Of a DNA stretch of 64,000 nt, positions 13,117-26,518 are shown in pieces. The position numbers and the translations under genes are program-made. The notes below the pieces were generated by a model. The model saw nothing but the letters and a program-made list of their open reading frames with translations, had not been told where the DNA came from and searched no databases. The stretch is from NCBI RefSeq assembly GCF_006345805.1, contig NW_021830455.1, positions 1 through 64,000 on the forward strand, written 5' to 3'. Each line of letters begins with the position of its first letter. Position 1 is the first letter of the stretch. Origin of the DNA: Octopus sinensis. Lineage: Eukaryota.

Positions 13117-14931
13117 AACTTATTGTACAATCTATTTGCAGAAAGTGATCTTAACCACAATGGAAGCGATACAACCTGGAACAGTCATTTGCTTGCTTGT
13201 GATATCATTGTGCATTGCACTAGTTCGGCCTTGAACATGTAGAGCAATACTCGAAAGATTTACAGATTTAACAATCCTATCTTTGCTTGGACACAATCTG
13301 GACCTACATCATCTGGTATGTCCTCCAATTTTTAAGGTCACTACGTGTGATTTCAGGTAGATTTAGTTGATATTTCTAGGAAAACGAATAACCACGTAAG
13401 GTAACATCGCTTGATCAACCGTTAAAGAGTTCAGAAAGAGTTTTGCTGAATGTGGTTACTGTGGAGTCAACGAATAAAATCGTACAATAAAATCGTACAA
13501 CGACGTTTCAGCAGGGGTAAGTGTGTAATAAGATATAGGAATATTCTATTATGCTGGTTCTAGGAATAATTGCCAACATAGCAGGAGTACCAGGCGGTTG
13601 TACTGCAATTTGTGGGGGAGAACAGTATGTAAAGTGTACGATATTCAAATACACCTTGTGTTCTCTTGATGGTCGGTGTTAACGCGTTTCAGCGTAGTGT
13701 AAAAGCCTTCCAATTGGCCTTTGCCGTCTAAATGACTCCTGGAATTGAAGGAAATATTATTTACCAGTTTCCCCGCTGAGTTCGACTAGCTGAAAGAGGG
13801 AGTGACCTTGAGAATGATCGGGTTTCGGATTAATAACTGAAAGAAACTGAAGTGTCCCCTATCATCTGTCTCGTATTAGGAAACTACAGTCAACCACCGC
13901 CCTTTCATGATTAAGACGTGTACTTCACCTCATAGATATGCCTTCTAGCCCACTGCTTACTATTCTGCGTTAAGGTTTTCATGAACGACCAAAGGCCAAT
14001 TGATGTGAATTCCGCTACCATTGATTGAGACTAACGCCATTGGAAAAGGCATGAATGTCTCTAATTCATATCGTATTTCCTGAGATACTTGAAGCTACAG
14101 TATTTAATTGCACAAGCAACCATTTCTGTTGTTCTTGAACTGATTTGGTAGCAAGAATTAACTCCATGCACAAAAACTGTCTGTTTTGTACTATAGCAGA
14201 TGAATGTGTATTGATGTGGGGTACGAACGTGCGCTCTCTCCCACTTTCTGACTGTCTGCCTGTCTCTCTTTCTCCTTCTCTCTCTCCCTCCTTCTCTCTC
14301 TCTCTCTATTTGCCTTCCTCCTTTCTCCTCTATACTGCTAGAAACATATTCATCATTAATTATCCTATTTTCTAATCAGGTTTCAAGTTTGTAAAGAATG
14401 CTTTCGCCGTGCGTAGTGCGTTAATTGCCAATTACATGATGATATATGAACAGTGGAAATTTGTATAATGTTTAACGAGAACATGCTGACACAGATGTTA
14501 ACACAATCCCCTTTCATGCGTCGGGCTCTATGTGTATATGCGCATAGATATTCGCATACGTCGGTGCAAGGGTGTGTTTGTAGTTGCGTGCTTGTATATA
14601 TATGTATATGTATGCATGTATGTGTGTCTACGTCTCTGCTTGTGAGTGGGGTGCTCGTTAGGCCCAAAAGCATTATTGAAGTCTAAATGGAGATTTCGTA
14701 TTGCTCTGATGTATGAAAGAAAAGTCAGCGTGGTGTAGTCTCTGCTTCTCTAATCTCTAACCATGTGTGTAATAAAGAAAGAAATATACGAACTGCAAAC
14801 TAAGGAAACAGGATACAATTTGGAAGGATTTATAATAATGTCAAATACCAAATATGAAGGAAAGGGAAGGAAAATTATAAAAAATTGTATATGGCAATGT
14901 AAATATATGCATAGCGTTATATTTGCTAATA

Positions 14932-15236
14932 AGAAGTGCAATGGCCCAGTGGTTAGGGCAGCGGACTCGCGGTCGGGGTATTGCGGTTTCGATTCTCAGA
15001 CCGGGCATTGTGTGTGTTTATTGAGCGAAGACACCTAAAGCTCCACGAGGCTCGGGCAGGGGTTGGTGGCGATCCCTGTTGTACTCTTTCGCCCCAACTT
15101 TCTCTCACTGTTTCTTCTTGTTTCTTGAGTAACGCTGCGATGGACTGGCGTCCTGTCCAGCTGCGGGGAACATATATGCCACAGAAACCGGGAATCCGGG
15201 CCCATGAGCCTGGCTAGGCTTGAAAAGGGCGCAAAA
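14932..15236 (+). mobile_element. tRNA-derived SINE family C, full length with 13 bp TSD
   Basis: Head TGGCCCAGTGGTTAGGGCAGCGGACTCGCGG...GGTTTCGATTCTC; TSD ATATTTGCTAATA at 14919-14931 and 15237-15249. Confidence 0.88.
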
Positions 15237-15639
15237 ATATTTGCTAATATATTGAAGTCTTAAATTTTATCGACTACCACATACCTCTATTCAATCCGCT
15301 GGCTACAAACACTGATCTAAAAGAAGGTCCTCTTATGAATCCCGCATTTATTCTTCTGTGCATTAAGGACCTAATTACCATTATTTCTTAAAAGGGACAC
15401 TCTTACAAAAATTATAATTATTCTTCGGTACAATTTATCTGTTTACGCACAGGTGATATTCAAACAATCTAAGCACCCCATACCGAAGTAGCAGAATTCC
15501 TTAGAAACTTTGTAGAGTATATATATATATTTGCAATATGTGAAGGCGAGTGGCATAGTGGTTAGTGTGTTGAGCACTGGGGTTCATCTACGCATGTAAG
15601 ACACCAGGAGCTCCAACAAAACCTGTGATAAAGAGATAT

Positions 15640-15753
15640 AATGATAATAATAATAATAATAAGAAGAAAAGAACAACAACAACAATAATAATAATAATAA
15701 TAATAATAACAATAAACAACATCTTTACCACAAGTCCTCAGCATGGACACTAT

Positions 15754-15814
<61 letters not shown>

Positions 15815-15890
15815 GTCATCATCATCATCATCATCATCAATATCATCATCATCATCATCATCATCATCGTCATCATCATCATCATCATCG

Positions 15891-15976
<86 letters not shown>

Positions 15977-15978
15977 AT

Positions 15979-16009
<31 letters not shown>

Positions 16010-16200
16010 ACATCAACATCATCATCGTCATCATCATCATCAATATCATCATCATCATCAACATCATCATCGTCATTATCATCATCATCATCATCAACAT
16101 CATCATCGTCATCATCATCATCATCATCGTCATCATCATCATCATCATCATTTTCATTAACACCGTCTTCTTCCTCCTTATGGCGTTTGTCGTCACCGTT
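15640..16200. repeat. (TAA)/(CAT)n trinucleotide tract
   Basis: Direct reading of the sequence. Confidence 0.95.
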
Positions 16201-16499
16201 TAAAAATATCTTCACTCCCACCATCAATACCACGATCACCAGCGGCACCATGGACGACACCGATGCCACCCGCACCAGGCCCTGCATAGTCGTCGTCAAC
16301 AACAAGAACAACAACACAAAGCCATGACCATCATCTCTATAATTACCGCCGACGGCAAGTTCAAAGGAAAATATTGTTTATTTAGTGGAACATAATTAAA
16401 ATAATGAAATGATGCTGTTTTTCATGCCTAATTAGTGTATAGCGGATAAGATATACACACCTATACATCGCAGTGTATATGTCTGATTATATTTGCGTG

Positions 16500-16640
16500 G
16501 TTTAGTGCCTAGGTTGATGAGATCGTGAACAAGCGATCGTGGTTTCGATTCCTGGACGGAGCAGCGCTTTATAGTCTTAAGTAAAACCTTAACTTTCGCT
16601 CTGCTACAGTCCACTCAGCTGTAAATAGGAACCCTACTAC
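16500..16640 (+). mobile_element. Degenerate tRNA-headed SINE (family C-like, CORE-like body)
   Basis: GATCGTGGTTTCGATTCCTGG B-box, then GTCTTAAGTAAAACCTTAACTTTCGCTCTGCTACAGTCCACTCAGCTGTAAAT. Confidence 0.55.
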
Positions 16641-16965
16641 TAAATAGCCTTTCAAAAAAGGGGGTATATTAGCCTCTTGAGCTAGCCAGCTGTAATTATA
16701 GAGATGGGGGTAATGATGTGTTGATGTTGTCGACGGGTGGGTGGGTGAGTACTTGTTGATATGGTTTGTGTGTGTGTGCATTAAGGTATTTTGTACGAAC
16801 CCAATAACGTCCATTTAAACTAATCCAAGCTTTGTAAACACATTGGATACAATTAAAGAATTAACAGTAATTATAAGTTACCTCAGGAAAAGGATTGACT
16901 CTCAGTTTGGTTTGAGAAATGTAACGGATAAAAGAAATCCTCGCATATATATATATATATATATA

Positions 16966-16998
<33 letters not shown>

Positions 16999-17124
16999 TG
17001 TATGTATGTATGTATATAAACTTAGATATGTTTCGACCAATGATTGGTCCAGGCCATGTCTAACTTAATAGCACCACCTGCCAGCACGCCGCCTTTACAT
17101 ATATGTATATATATATATATATAT

Positions 17125-17159
<35 letters not shown>

Positions 17160-17163
<4 letters not shown>

Positions 17164-17360
17164 TGTGTGTCTCTGTTTGTTCCCCCAACATTGCTTGACA
17201 ACCGATGTTGGTGTGTTTACGTCCCTGTCGCTTAGCGGTTCGGCAAGAGAGACCGATACAAAAAATACGTCCTGGGGGTCGATTTGCTCGACTAAAGGCG
17301 GTGCTTCAGCATGGCCGCAGTCAAATGACTGAAACAAATAAACAAATAAAATAAAAAGTA
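17160..17360 (+). mobile_element. SINE family A, 3' half
   Basis: CCCCAACATTGCTTGACAACCGATGTTGG...GGGGTCGATTTGCTCGACTAAAGGCGGTGCTTCAGCATGGCCGCAGTC. Confidence 0.9.
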
Positions 17361-18208
17361 TGTAGCCATTACCCTTCACTCAGGCCACAACAGCGTTTTA
17401 ATCTTATATTTTACCCCTCTTCCTGCTCCTCACTGAACGCCTTTCCCTCTTCCAGTCTCACTACTTGAGAGTTATCCTTCACTCTTTTACCTTCCTTCTC
17501 CTCTTTCTTGCTCTCTCTCCCTCTCTGTCACTGTTCACAGAATGCTTGTTACGTGTAGCACTCCACTGTTGAAATACTTCATCGCATCTAAGCGACATCC
17601 GAGCTGAATTTCATTAATATAAGCGTAAAGCCAAATTTTACGTCTGCGAGTTAAGTTTTCGGTCTGAACCAAATGAAGTGTTTCTCTTTATGAGAGATTT
17701 GCATAAATCATTGTTTCTAACGTCGTAATGTTTCTAACATTGCAATGACATATGTTTTGCCTTCTCGACCACCCGGCATCCGTAATCACTTTTACTTAAA
17801 TCTACAAATAGAAAATAATTCACGAAGGAATAATTGCAAACCAAATACATAGTCTCAACCAGGATCCCAGAGTCAGGGATTTTTCCCATTTAAACTGTCA
17901 AGATGATGGATTTCGTTATTGGGTGCCAAATATCTAGAGCGATCAGGTAACGCATTCATATATACATACATATATACATGCATACATACTATACACGCAC
18001 ATACAGATACACACACATATATATACGAAAGAACTGTGAAGACGGAGTTTAAAGAATGATCATATTTTGATGTGGTTAGCAAATAACAATCCCTCAAATG
18101 ATTTCAGACATAAGATATGTGAAATGATTCCTTCATTATTGTTAAAACCCAGAAGGCCCATGGTCCGACAGTTTGGTCGATCAAGAGATCACGGATTATG
18201 TATGTATG

Positions 18209-18255
<47 letters not shown>

Positions 18256-18260
18256 ATGAT

Positions 18261-18295
18261 GTTTCCGACGAAGAGCTCCTCTCGAAACGTCAGAC
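18261..18295 (+). ncRNA. Minimal type I hammerhead-ribozyme-like motif, U4C core
   Basis: GUUU-CCGACGA-A-GAG(CUCCU)CUC-GAAA-CGU-C-AGAC: stem I GUUU/AGAC, stem II GAG/CUC, palindromic helix III ACGU, triplet GUC. Confidence 0.6.
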
Positions 18296-18394
18296 CCTCC
18301 TGCTTCCCTTCTTTCCTGAGCGTCCAATAATACTTTATTTGTTCCACGTCCTTGCGTTGTTGTGTTTTTTGTTTTTGTTTTCTTGTTTGGATTA

Positions 18395-18484
<90 letters not shown>

Positions 18485-19138
18485 CATATATATATATATA
18501 TATATGTTAGAAGAAATAAGGTACTAAAAAATCTGGATGGTTTTATATTTACAGAATTTTACTAATATGTCACAATTTTTTTAAATCATATATTAGCGCT
18601 TGCATCCACTCTAGTTGATTCTTCATATATGTATGTATGCGTGTGTGCGTGTATGTTTGTATGTGTGTTTGTGTGCATGTGTCTGCGCATGCATGTATGT
18701 GTGAGCATGTTCAATTATATGGATGTATATGTATATATATATACATATATATTCGTACATACACACACACACACACAAACACGCACACACATATATATAG
18801 AATACATACTGATAAACATTTGTATGAGTCTATCTTTCCCTGTATCGAAATTTATCACTCTATATATACATGCCTGTCTATATGTATGAATTTAGACACA
18901 TACATACACACACCTATACACTCACACACACACACACGCATACACATACAGATACATACTTAAATATATCCCTATAACATCAAACTGCAAAACGTAAAAA
19001 AAAAAAAAATTATAAATAAAAAATACAAATATATTCGTTGAAAAATCAATCGTCGTTGTTCGCCATTACAGTTGATTTGCAGCGCTCAATGTGTTTCAAT
19101 ACACATATCCTCACACACACATGTATATATATGTTATA

Positions 19139-19225
<87 letters not shown>

Positions 19226-20085
19226 TTTGTCTTTGTATGTATGTGTGTGTGTGTATATATATATATACATATATATATATATGTATATATATGTATGTAT
19301 ATATTATATATATATATAATATATATATATGTATGTATGTATGTATTTATGTATGCATATATGATTCTACGTATGTCTACATACCGTTTCTAGTAAACAG
19401 TTCACACCAATATAGTGAAGTTGTCGACTACACTTTATCGTTAATGATCAGTGAAGTTTTTTTTTCTATTTTTTTTGTTTGACTATCCGCAATCAGGCGT
19501 TATTTCAATTCATCTGCTTCCATCAGGCTAACGAAATATTCGCAATTCAAGCGAAACGTGTAAAATGCTGATCACTATCAATAATTACTCATTAACGAAA
19601 ATTGAAGCAGTCGCACTGACTGAAATAAGCTCAGTGTAAGAATTACATGATTTCATAAATATTACATAGTTTACACGTTTCCTCTTTACAGAACAACAAA
19701 AATATGTATATATATATATATATACTTAGTAACACACACACACGCACACATGTATGTATGTATGTAGGTATATATGTATTATACACGTATGTGTTTGTAT
19801 ATATATATATATATATTATATATATATATATATAATATATATACATATATCATATATTACGTACCATAATATGTATAAATCATATCTTTAAATATGCATA
19901 AACGTATATATGTATAAATGAATGCATATCTGCGTATATACATTCCCGTATAGATATGGACATATAACTAAGGACCTACGAATGCATGTGTTTATCTACA
20001 CACACATACGTTATGTGTGTATACATATATACATACATATATACGTTGATAGATAGATAATAGATAGATAGATAGATAGATAGAT

Positions 20086-20116
<31 letters not shown>

Positions 20117-20118
20117 TA

Positions 20119-20553
20119 GGCGCAGGAGTGGATGTGCCATAAGAAGCTTGCTTCCCAACCACATGGCTCCGGGTTCAGTCCTACGGCGTGGCACCTCGGG
20201 CGAGTGTCTTCAACCGACTAAAGCCTTGTGAGTGGATCGGGTAGACAGAAACTGAAAGAAGCCCATCGTATATATATATATAATATATATATATATATAT
20301 GGGTGTGTGTGTGTGTGTGTGTGTGTGTGGAGGGGTGGTGGTGTGGGTGTGTATCCGTGTTTATACCCCAACATCGCTTGACAACCGATGTTGGCGTGTT
20401 TACGTCCCCGTAAATTTCCGGTTCGGCAGCTGAGTCAAATGGAATAAGTACTAGGCTTACAAAGAATAAAACTTGGAGTCGATTTGTTCGACTAAACACG
20501 GTGCTGCAGCATGGCCGCAGTCACATGATTGAAACAAGTAAAGAAATGAAATA
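20119..20553 (+). mobile_element. SINE family A, full length
   Basis: GGCGCAGGAGTGG head directly after (GATA)n; internal (TA)/(TG); conserved 3' body. Confidence 0.93.
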
Positions 20554-20584
20554 AATGAATATATATCCATCCATCCATCCATCC

Positions 20585-20701
<117 letters not shown>

Positions 20702-20769
20702 TATATACATATATATATACATATATGTCTATGCATATATATATATTTACATATATTCACACACACACA

Positions 20770-20808
<39 letters not shown>

Positions 20809-21016
20809 ACTGAGCGCCTTCGCGTCGATTCGATTCGATTCGTTTGGTTTGGTTTCGTTTCTTCTTCTTCTCTAAGCTGGTTTTTATATATATATTATAT
20901 AAAAATATATACATATACACACACACCCCGTCACATATATATATATTTACATATACACACACACACACATACATATATATGCATATATATACACACACAC
21001 GCATATATATATATAT

Positions 21017-21048
<32 letters not shown>

Positions 21049-21959
21049 ATATTATATATATACATATACGGACACACATATGTACGAGTTCTTACAAATA
21101 TCTTTCTCTCTAAAATATGTATGTATGCGTGTGCGTCTGTGCTTTCGTGTGTGTGGTGTGTGTGTGGTGTGTGTGTGTGAGCATGTATGTGTGTGTGTAT
21201 GCAAGGTGTTACAATCCAGCACGGAAACCTACAGCGTACAGTCAGACATATATATCCGATTGAAACGTGTTACCAAGTAAACAGGAAATCATTTACGAAG
21301 TCTGTAAGAACCAGCTTAATAAAGACAAACACATCGCACATTGTATTGAAAGCAACATTATCAGTGCTAAAGTAAAATATAAAATAATTAATTTGACAAT
21401 ACACACCTTACGCAATGACAATCATTTCTGTCAGTTAAGTGCATATGGACGGAGTTGAATGACGTCATGAGCGGGATAAAAAAAAATCTCTCCTTGTTTA
21501 CACCAGAACAGCTTCTCGCTCTCGTTAGGCTAAATTACTTGTTTATCGCTCTGGTGTTTTCTAGCATACGGCTCCTTCTTTCTTTGGGGCGAAATGGCGT
21601 ATGGCAACTTGTTTATCTCCCCGTCTCTCGTCTCCATGTCGGTTTCAATAACTAGACTCTTTTCCCTGTTTGTTTATACTAATCCCCTATTTTGGGGGCT
21701 TGGTAGTCCTTTCCCACCTTCCTGAATTTTAGTGTAATTAAGCTACAGTACTTCTCTAAGCCTAGAGACAAATAGCCTGTCTCCTTTTCCCCTATTTTGA
21801 TGGAAGTTGCTTATTTTCGGGCGATGTAACCCATATGTCTACGATTAAGTAGTCTATATACCATTTCCTATTTCGGATTTATTAGACAGAAATCCTTTCG
21901 TAATTAAAATTATGTTAATTAAAGGATGACATGTATAAAATACCGTCATCACAAGGCAT

Positions 21960-22105
21960 AGCTGAGCCCCTCTGTGTGTGGGGCGTGGTAGATGGCCAAG
22001 GTGAAGGAGGTGTTCGAAGATCTTGTCCTGGACACAGTAACGAATGCATGTTTCCAGAGCCATCTTGAGGCCGTGGTTATAGCTGAGGGCTGCTGCTTTG
22101 AATAA
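21960..22105 (+). mobile_element. Tc1/mariner (maT-like) transposase C-terminal relic
   Basis: ...VWGVV / MAKVKEVFEDLVLDTVTNACFQSHLEAVVIAEGCCFE* resembles the AC..F..RLEAVV.A.G..IE* terminus of DD37D-type transposases. Confidence 0.7.
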
Positions 22106-22721
22106 ACTAGGCTACAATTTATCCAAGCAAAATTAATCCAATTCCTTTTTAGACTTCCATTTTGTTTATTTCTTGACTTGGTACCATAATCCCGTATTTT
22201 ATTTAAAGAGCAAATCTGAATTTTCGTCAATGGCCTTTGGTAATTGAATGAAACTGAAATTGCCTTAAAGAAGGAACGAAGCTGTGTTGCAGCTTCAATT
22301 TGACCGTAATTTGTGCGCAGTTTGCTGGAAACTATATTTTGCAATATCACACTATGGTTGCCATCTTCATTCAGACCCCGAGTAACGCTGATTTACATGA
22401 CAGATCAAAAGTTTTCCATTCATTAACCTACTGTTCACCAACTAAATCTGTTGCTTCTAAAACAACAGTTATCGACTGTGACCCCATTTTCCCCACCAGA
22501 AATTGAATATTAGTTTTGATACAGACTTGCCTGCTATTTCTTAAAAAGACGAATGATAAAGAATCTCCGAAGTTGTTTTAATGGTTCAATGTCTTAAGAA
22601 GAGACAACTGGAGGAAGCGAAATAACTACAAGACGTGAAAGACTTGAGAAATTGGGTAAAGATGATCTCTAAACTATATAAATCAAATAATGTTACATTG
22701 CTTATATTCTATACTCTTTTT

Positions 22722-22998
22722 ACTCTTTTTACTTGTTTCAGTCATTTGACTGCAGCCATGCTGGAGCACCGCCTTAAGTCGAGCAAATCGACCCCAGGAC
22801 TTATTCTTTTTAAACCTAGTACTTTTTCTATCGGTCTCTTTTTGCCGAAACGCTAAGTTACGGGGACGTAAACACATTACCATCGGTTGTCAAGCGATGT
22901 TGGGGCGACAAACACAGACACACAAACATACACACACATATATATATATATACATACTTATATATATACATACATACATACAAACATACATACATACA

Positions 22999-23032
<34 letters not shown>

Positions 23033-23207
23033 CATACATATATACGACGGGCTTCTTTGAGTTTCCGTCTACTAAATCCACTCACAAGGCTTTGGTTGGC
23101 CCGAGGCTATAGTAGAAGACACTTGCCCAAGGTGACACGCAGTGGGACTGAACCCTGAACCATGCGGTTGGTAAGCAACCTACTTACCACACAGCCACTC
23201 CTACGCC
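22722..23207 (-). mobile_element. SINE family A, full length, expanded internal (TACA)n
   Basis: Reverse complement starts GGCGTAGGAGTGGCTGTGTGGTAAG and ends in a GTAAAAAGAG tail. Confidence 0.95.
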
Positions 23208-23252
23208 GATGTTTAATTTAACTAAATAAAATTTCAATATTGTCTCCCTTAC

Positions 23253-23399
23253 CAGTTTTGACCAGAACTCATCATTATGTTAATACTCCACTCTCCTTTC
23301 CATGTGTGTACTTTTAATTTTAACTTCCTGATTCCCAATACCGATTCAGAATCGACCTTGATGTCATTCACCCTAGGATTGAAACCGCGTTGTCGAATT
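23253..23399 (-). CDS. Candidate internal coding exon (147 bp, phase 2/2), product unknown
   Basis: Weak acceptor ATATATAG, donor TG|GTAAGG; open frame IRQRGFNPRVNDIKVDSESVLGIRKLKLKVHTWKGEWSINIMMSSGQN. Confidence 0.22.
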
Positions 23400-23598
23400 C
23401 TATATATTTGCAATTGCAACTTGTGTCTAACCTGTTCATACTTCTCTTCTACGTCGTTTCCATTTGGCTTGATATTAATGCCATAGATTATATACACAAA
23501 GTAAATAGAATGCTATGCCACATTGATGTGTATTCGAGGGATATTACAAAAATCAACATCTAAACCAATCACTTTCGTTCACAATATTACTTTCTTAC

Positions 23599-23775
23599 AC
23601 AGAAACAAGACAGCATATTAAAGAGACAACGAACGAGACTATTTGTCGTATATATTTCTCCCAAAAGATTTCGTTGAGTATGTGATTGAAAATGTATCCA
23701 GTCGGGAATTCAATTTGGTTAGTGAATTCAATTAATTCGGTTCTTGCCTCGCATTCTACGCTATTCTTCACACAT
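23599..23775 (-). CDS. Candidate internal coding exon (177 bp, phase 2/2), product unknown
   Basis: Acceptor TTTTGTTTTGTTTCATAAG, donor GT|GTAAGA; open frame CVKNSVECEARTELIEFTNQIEFPTGYIFNHILNEIFWEKYIRQIVSFVVSLICCLVS; joins the 23399-23253 exon in frame. Confidence 0.3.
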
Positions 23776-23914
23776 CTTATGAAACAAAACAAAATATTAC
23801 TTCAGTGGAAGAAATTTGGACGGTGGTTTTCATGCATTTTCTACCGATATTTAGAGCTAAGAAAAAGTGCCTTAAAACAGCCACCGTCACAGAATTATTA
23901 ACCATAAAGATTTA

Positions 23915-24030
23915 CTCTTTTACTCTTTTACTTGTTTCAGTCATTTGACTGTTACCATGCTGGAGCACAGCCTTTAGTCGAGCAAATCGACCCCAGAACT
24001 TATTCTTTGTAAACCTAGTACTTATTCTAT
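23915..24030 (-). mobile_element. SINE family A, 3' fragment
   Basis: TTTACTCTTTTACTCTTTTACTTGTTTCAGTC...GTCGAGCAAATCGACCCC. Confidence 0.88.
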
Positions 24031-24329
24031 GTTTAAAATATTTCGCTAACACTCAGATTCTTCCTAGTTTAGATATATTTATCGTAACTTATCAAGACTC
24101 CAATATGAACGACGTGGTTGAATGTTTTCTCTTATAACCTATGAGTGAAATGAAATAGACGAAACTTTTGCGGAAACCTGTGTCACGATTGCACACTTAG
24201 ACTGTCACACATCTAAAGATTACCCACTGGTGGTCCCACAGAAAGACGAGAAAATGGAGATATATAAATATATACATTATTTACATTATTTACATTTGGC
24301 GGATATTTGTCCTCATCTTGTGTGTTGTT

Positions 24330-24375
24330 AACACAACGTTTCGGCTGATATGCCCTCCAGCCTTCATCAGGTGTC
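24330..24375 (-). ncRNA. Minimal type I hammerhead ribozyme with canonical core (Penelope-like-element type)
   Basis: Reverse complement GACAC-CUGAUGA-A-GGCUG(GAGGGCAUAU)CAGCC-GAAA-CGU-U-GUGUU: 5 bp stem I, 5 bp stem II, palindromic helix III ACGU, triplet GUU. Confidence 0.85.
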
Positions 24376-24414
24376 TTGGGGACTTTTCGAACCTAGGTTC
24401 CCCAAGACACCTTG

Positions 24415-24480
<66 letters not shown>

Positions 24481-24501
24481 TCGAAAAATACCTTAGGAAT
24501 T

Positions 24502-24539
<38 letters not shown>

Positions 24540-25439
24540 TACATAGGGAGAGAAAGAGAGGGTGTGAGAGACACTGGTCTAATAAGTAAGCGCAAGTATG
24601 TTAATGTAAAGCGTTGTAGCTAGCTAATAGAAATCGTATTATTAATTAGCTCATCCACTGCAGAAGAGAGAAAGAGAGAGAAAGAGAGGCAGAGAGAGAG
24701 AGAGGGAAGCAGAGAGAGAGAGAGAGAGAGAGAGAGAGCGGTGAATGTCTGTTTTCAACTCAAACACGTCAGATGTAGTGTGAACATAACGAAGGTCAAT
24801 AAATTTACACCTGAGAAGTAAAAAAAATCGAACAAATTTGAACTTCATTTACCAACTCATTTTCAAATGGACTTAATTATAATTAGTTGATCAGATTTTC
24901 TGAATTATTTTGTAGTTAATTTTTTAGTCTACTTTTTCTTTTAATTTGGCTCAATTTTATATATTTCTTTCTTTCTTCTTTTTTTTTTTTTTTATTCAAA
25001 TATTATTTTGCTATTCGTTTGGTAAAGAAATTATATTTTCTTTTGATACGATCGATCCATTGTTTCTTTCGTTTTCCTTTTTGCAGATTATTTGCTTGGT
25101 TCATATTTAGTATCAAGAAACCTTGAAGAAAAAGGAAAAAAAAAGAAAGAGAAAAAGAAGAAGGTAGAAGAGGAAGAAGAAAACATGACAATTTAAATAA
25201 AATAAATGCGACAACGATAAAAATAGCGGTAGTTTATTCTCAACAGCATGGACAATTCTACAACAATAAGCAACAAGAATGACAACAACAACGTCAACGA
25301 TAGCAACAACAACAACAACAACAACGGCATCAGTAGCAACAGTTTAAAACAAAAAAACAGTGAAAAATATGGCGATGGAAAGAAGTCATTTCAGATTTGT
25401 TCTGTATCTCACAGAACAAATCAGAAATGACTTCTTTTA

Positions 25440-25466
25440 TCAACGATAGCAGTAGTTTTAGCAATT

Positions 25467-25501
<35 letters not shown>

Positions 25502-25905
25502 CGCAGTAGCAGCAGCAGCAGTGTTAGTAGCAGTAGTATTAGTAGTGGCAGTGTTAGTAGTAGTAGTAGTAGAAGTAGTAGTAGTAGTATTGGCAGCAGT
25601 CGTAGTAGAAGTAGTAGTAGTGGTAGTAGTAGTAGTAGTAGTAGGAGGAGGAGGAGGAGGGGTGAAGGAAAGGAGGAGATAGAAGTGGAGGAGGACAAGG
25701 AAAATTAGTAGTATGAGGAGGAAAGGAGAATGAGGAGTAGGAACGGGAAGTGGAGGAGTAAGTGGAGGAAGAGTAAGAGTAGGAGGATGAAGGAAAAGTG
25801 GTATGGGGAGGAAAGGAGAAGGAGGGGTAGCGGAGGGAAGAGTGGGAGTAAAAGTAAGAGTAGGAGCAGAAGGTAAAGTAGTGGGAGGAGGTAACGGAAG
25901 GGGTG
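25440..25905. repeat. (TAG)n tract followed by a GA-rich purine tract
   Basis: Direct reading of the sequence. Confidence 0.9.
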
Positions 25906-25940
25906 CTGATGGTCCTGATGATGATGCTGCTGATGTTATG

Positions 25941-26105
25941 GGCGCCGACAGTAACTGCGTGGTAAGAAGCTTAATTGCCAACCACATGGTTCCAAGTTCA
26001 GTCTCACAGCGTGGCAACCTGGACAAGCGTCTTCCACTATAGTCTCGGTCCGACCAAAGACTTGCGAACGGATTTGCTAGACGGATACTGAGAGAAGCCT
26101 TTCAG

Positions 26106-26190
<85 letters not shown>

Positions 26191-26381
26191 TGTGTGTATG
26201 CATGTGTGTGTGTCTTTGTGTCTGTATTTGTACCCCCATTACCGCTTGGCAACCGGTGTTGGCGTGTTTGCTTCCCTGTAACTTAGCGGTTCGGCAAAAA
26301 CAGAACGAAAATTGCTGGTGTCGATTTGTTCGACATGGCCGCAGGCTAATGACTGCAACGCGTAAAAGGAATAAAGAATAA
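25941..26381 (+). mobile_element. SINE family A, diverged full length
   Basis: GGCGCCGACAG...GTGGTAAGAAGCTT...CCAACCACATGGTTCC head, internal (TA)(TG), shortened 3' body. Confidence 0.85.
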
Positions 26382-26401
26382 AAGTATATACATACATACA
26401 T

Positions 26402-26518
<117 letters not shown>

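Noticed and set aside
14940-15010. tRNA gene calls for SINE heads (also families A and B)
   Set aside because: A and B boxes are present but the cloverleaf is incomplete and each continues into a SINE body.
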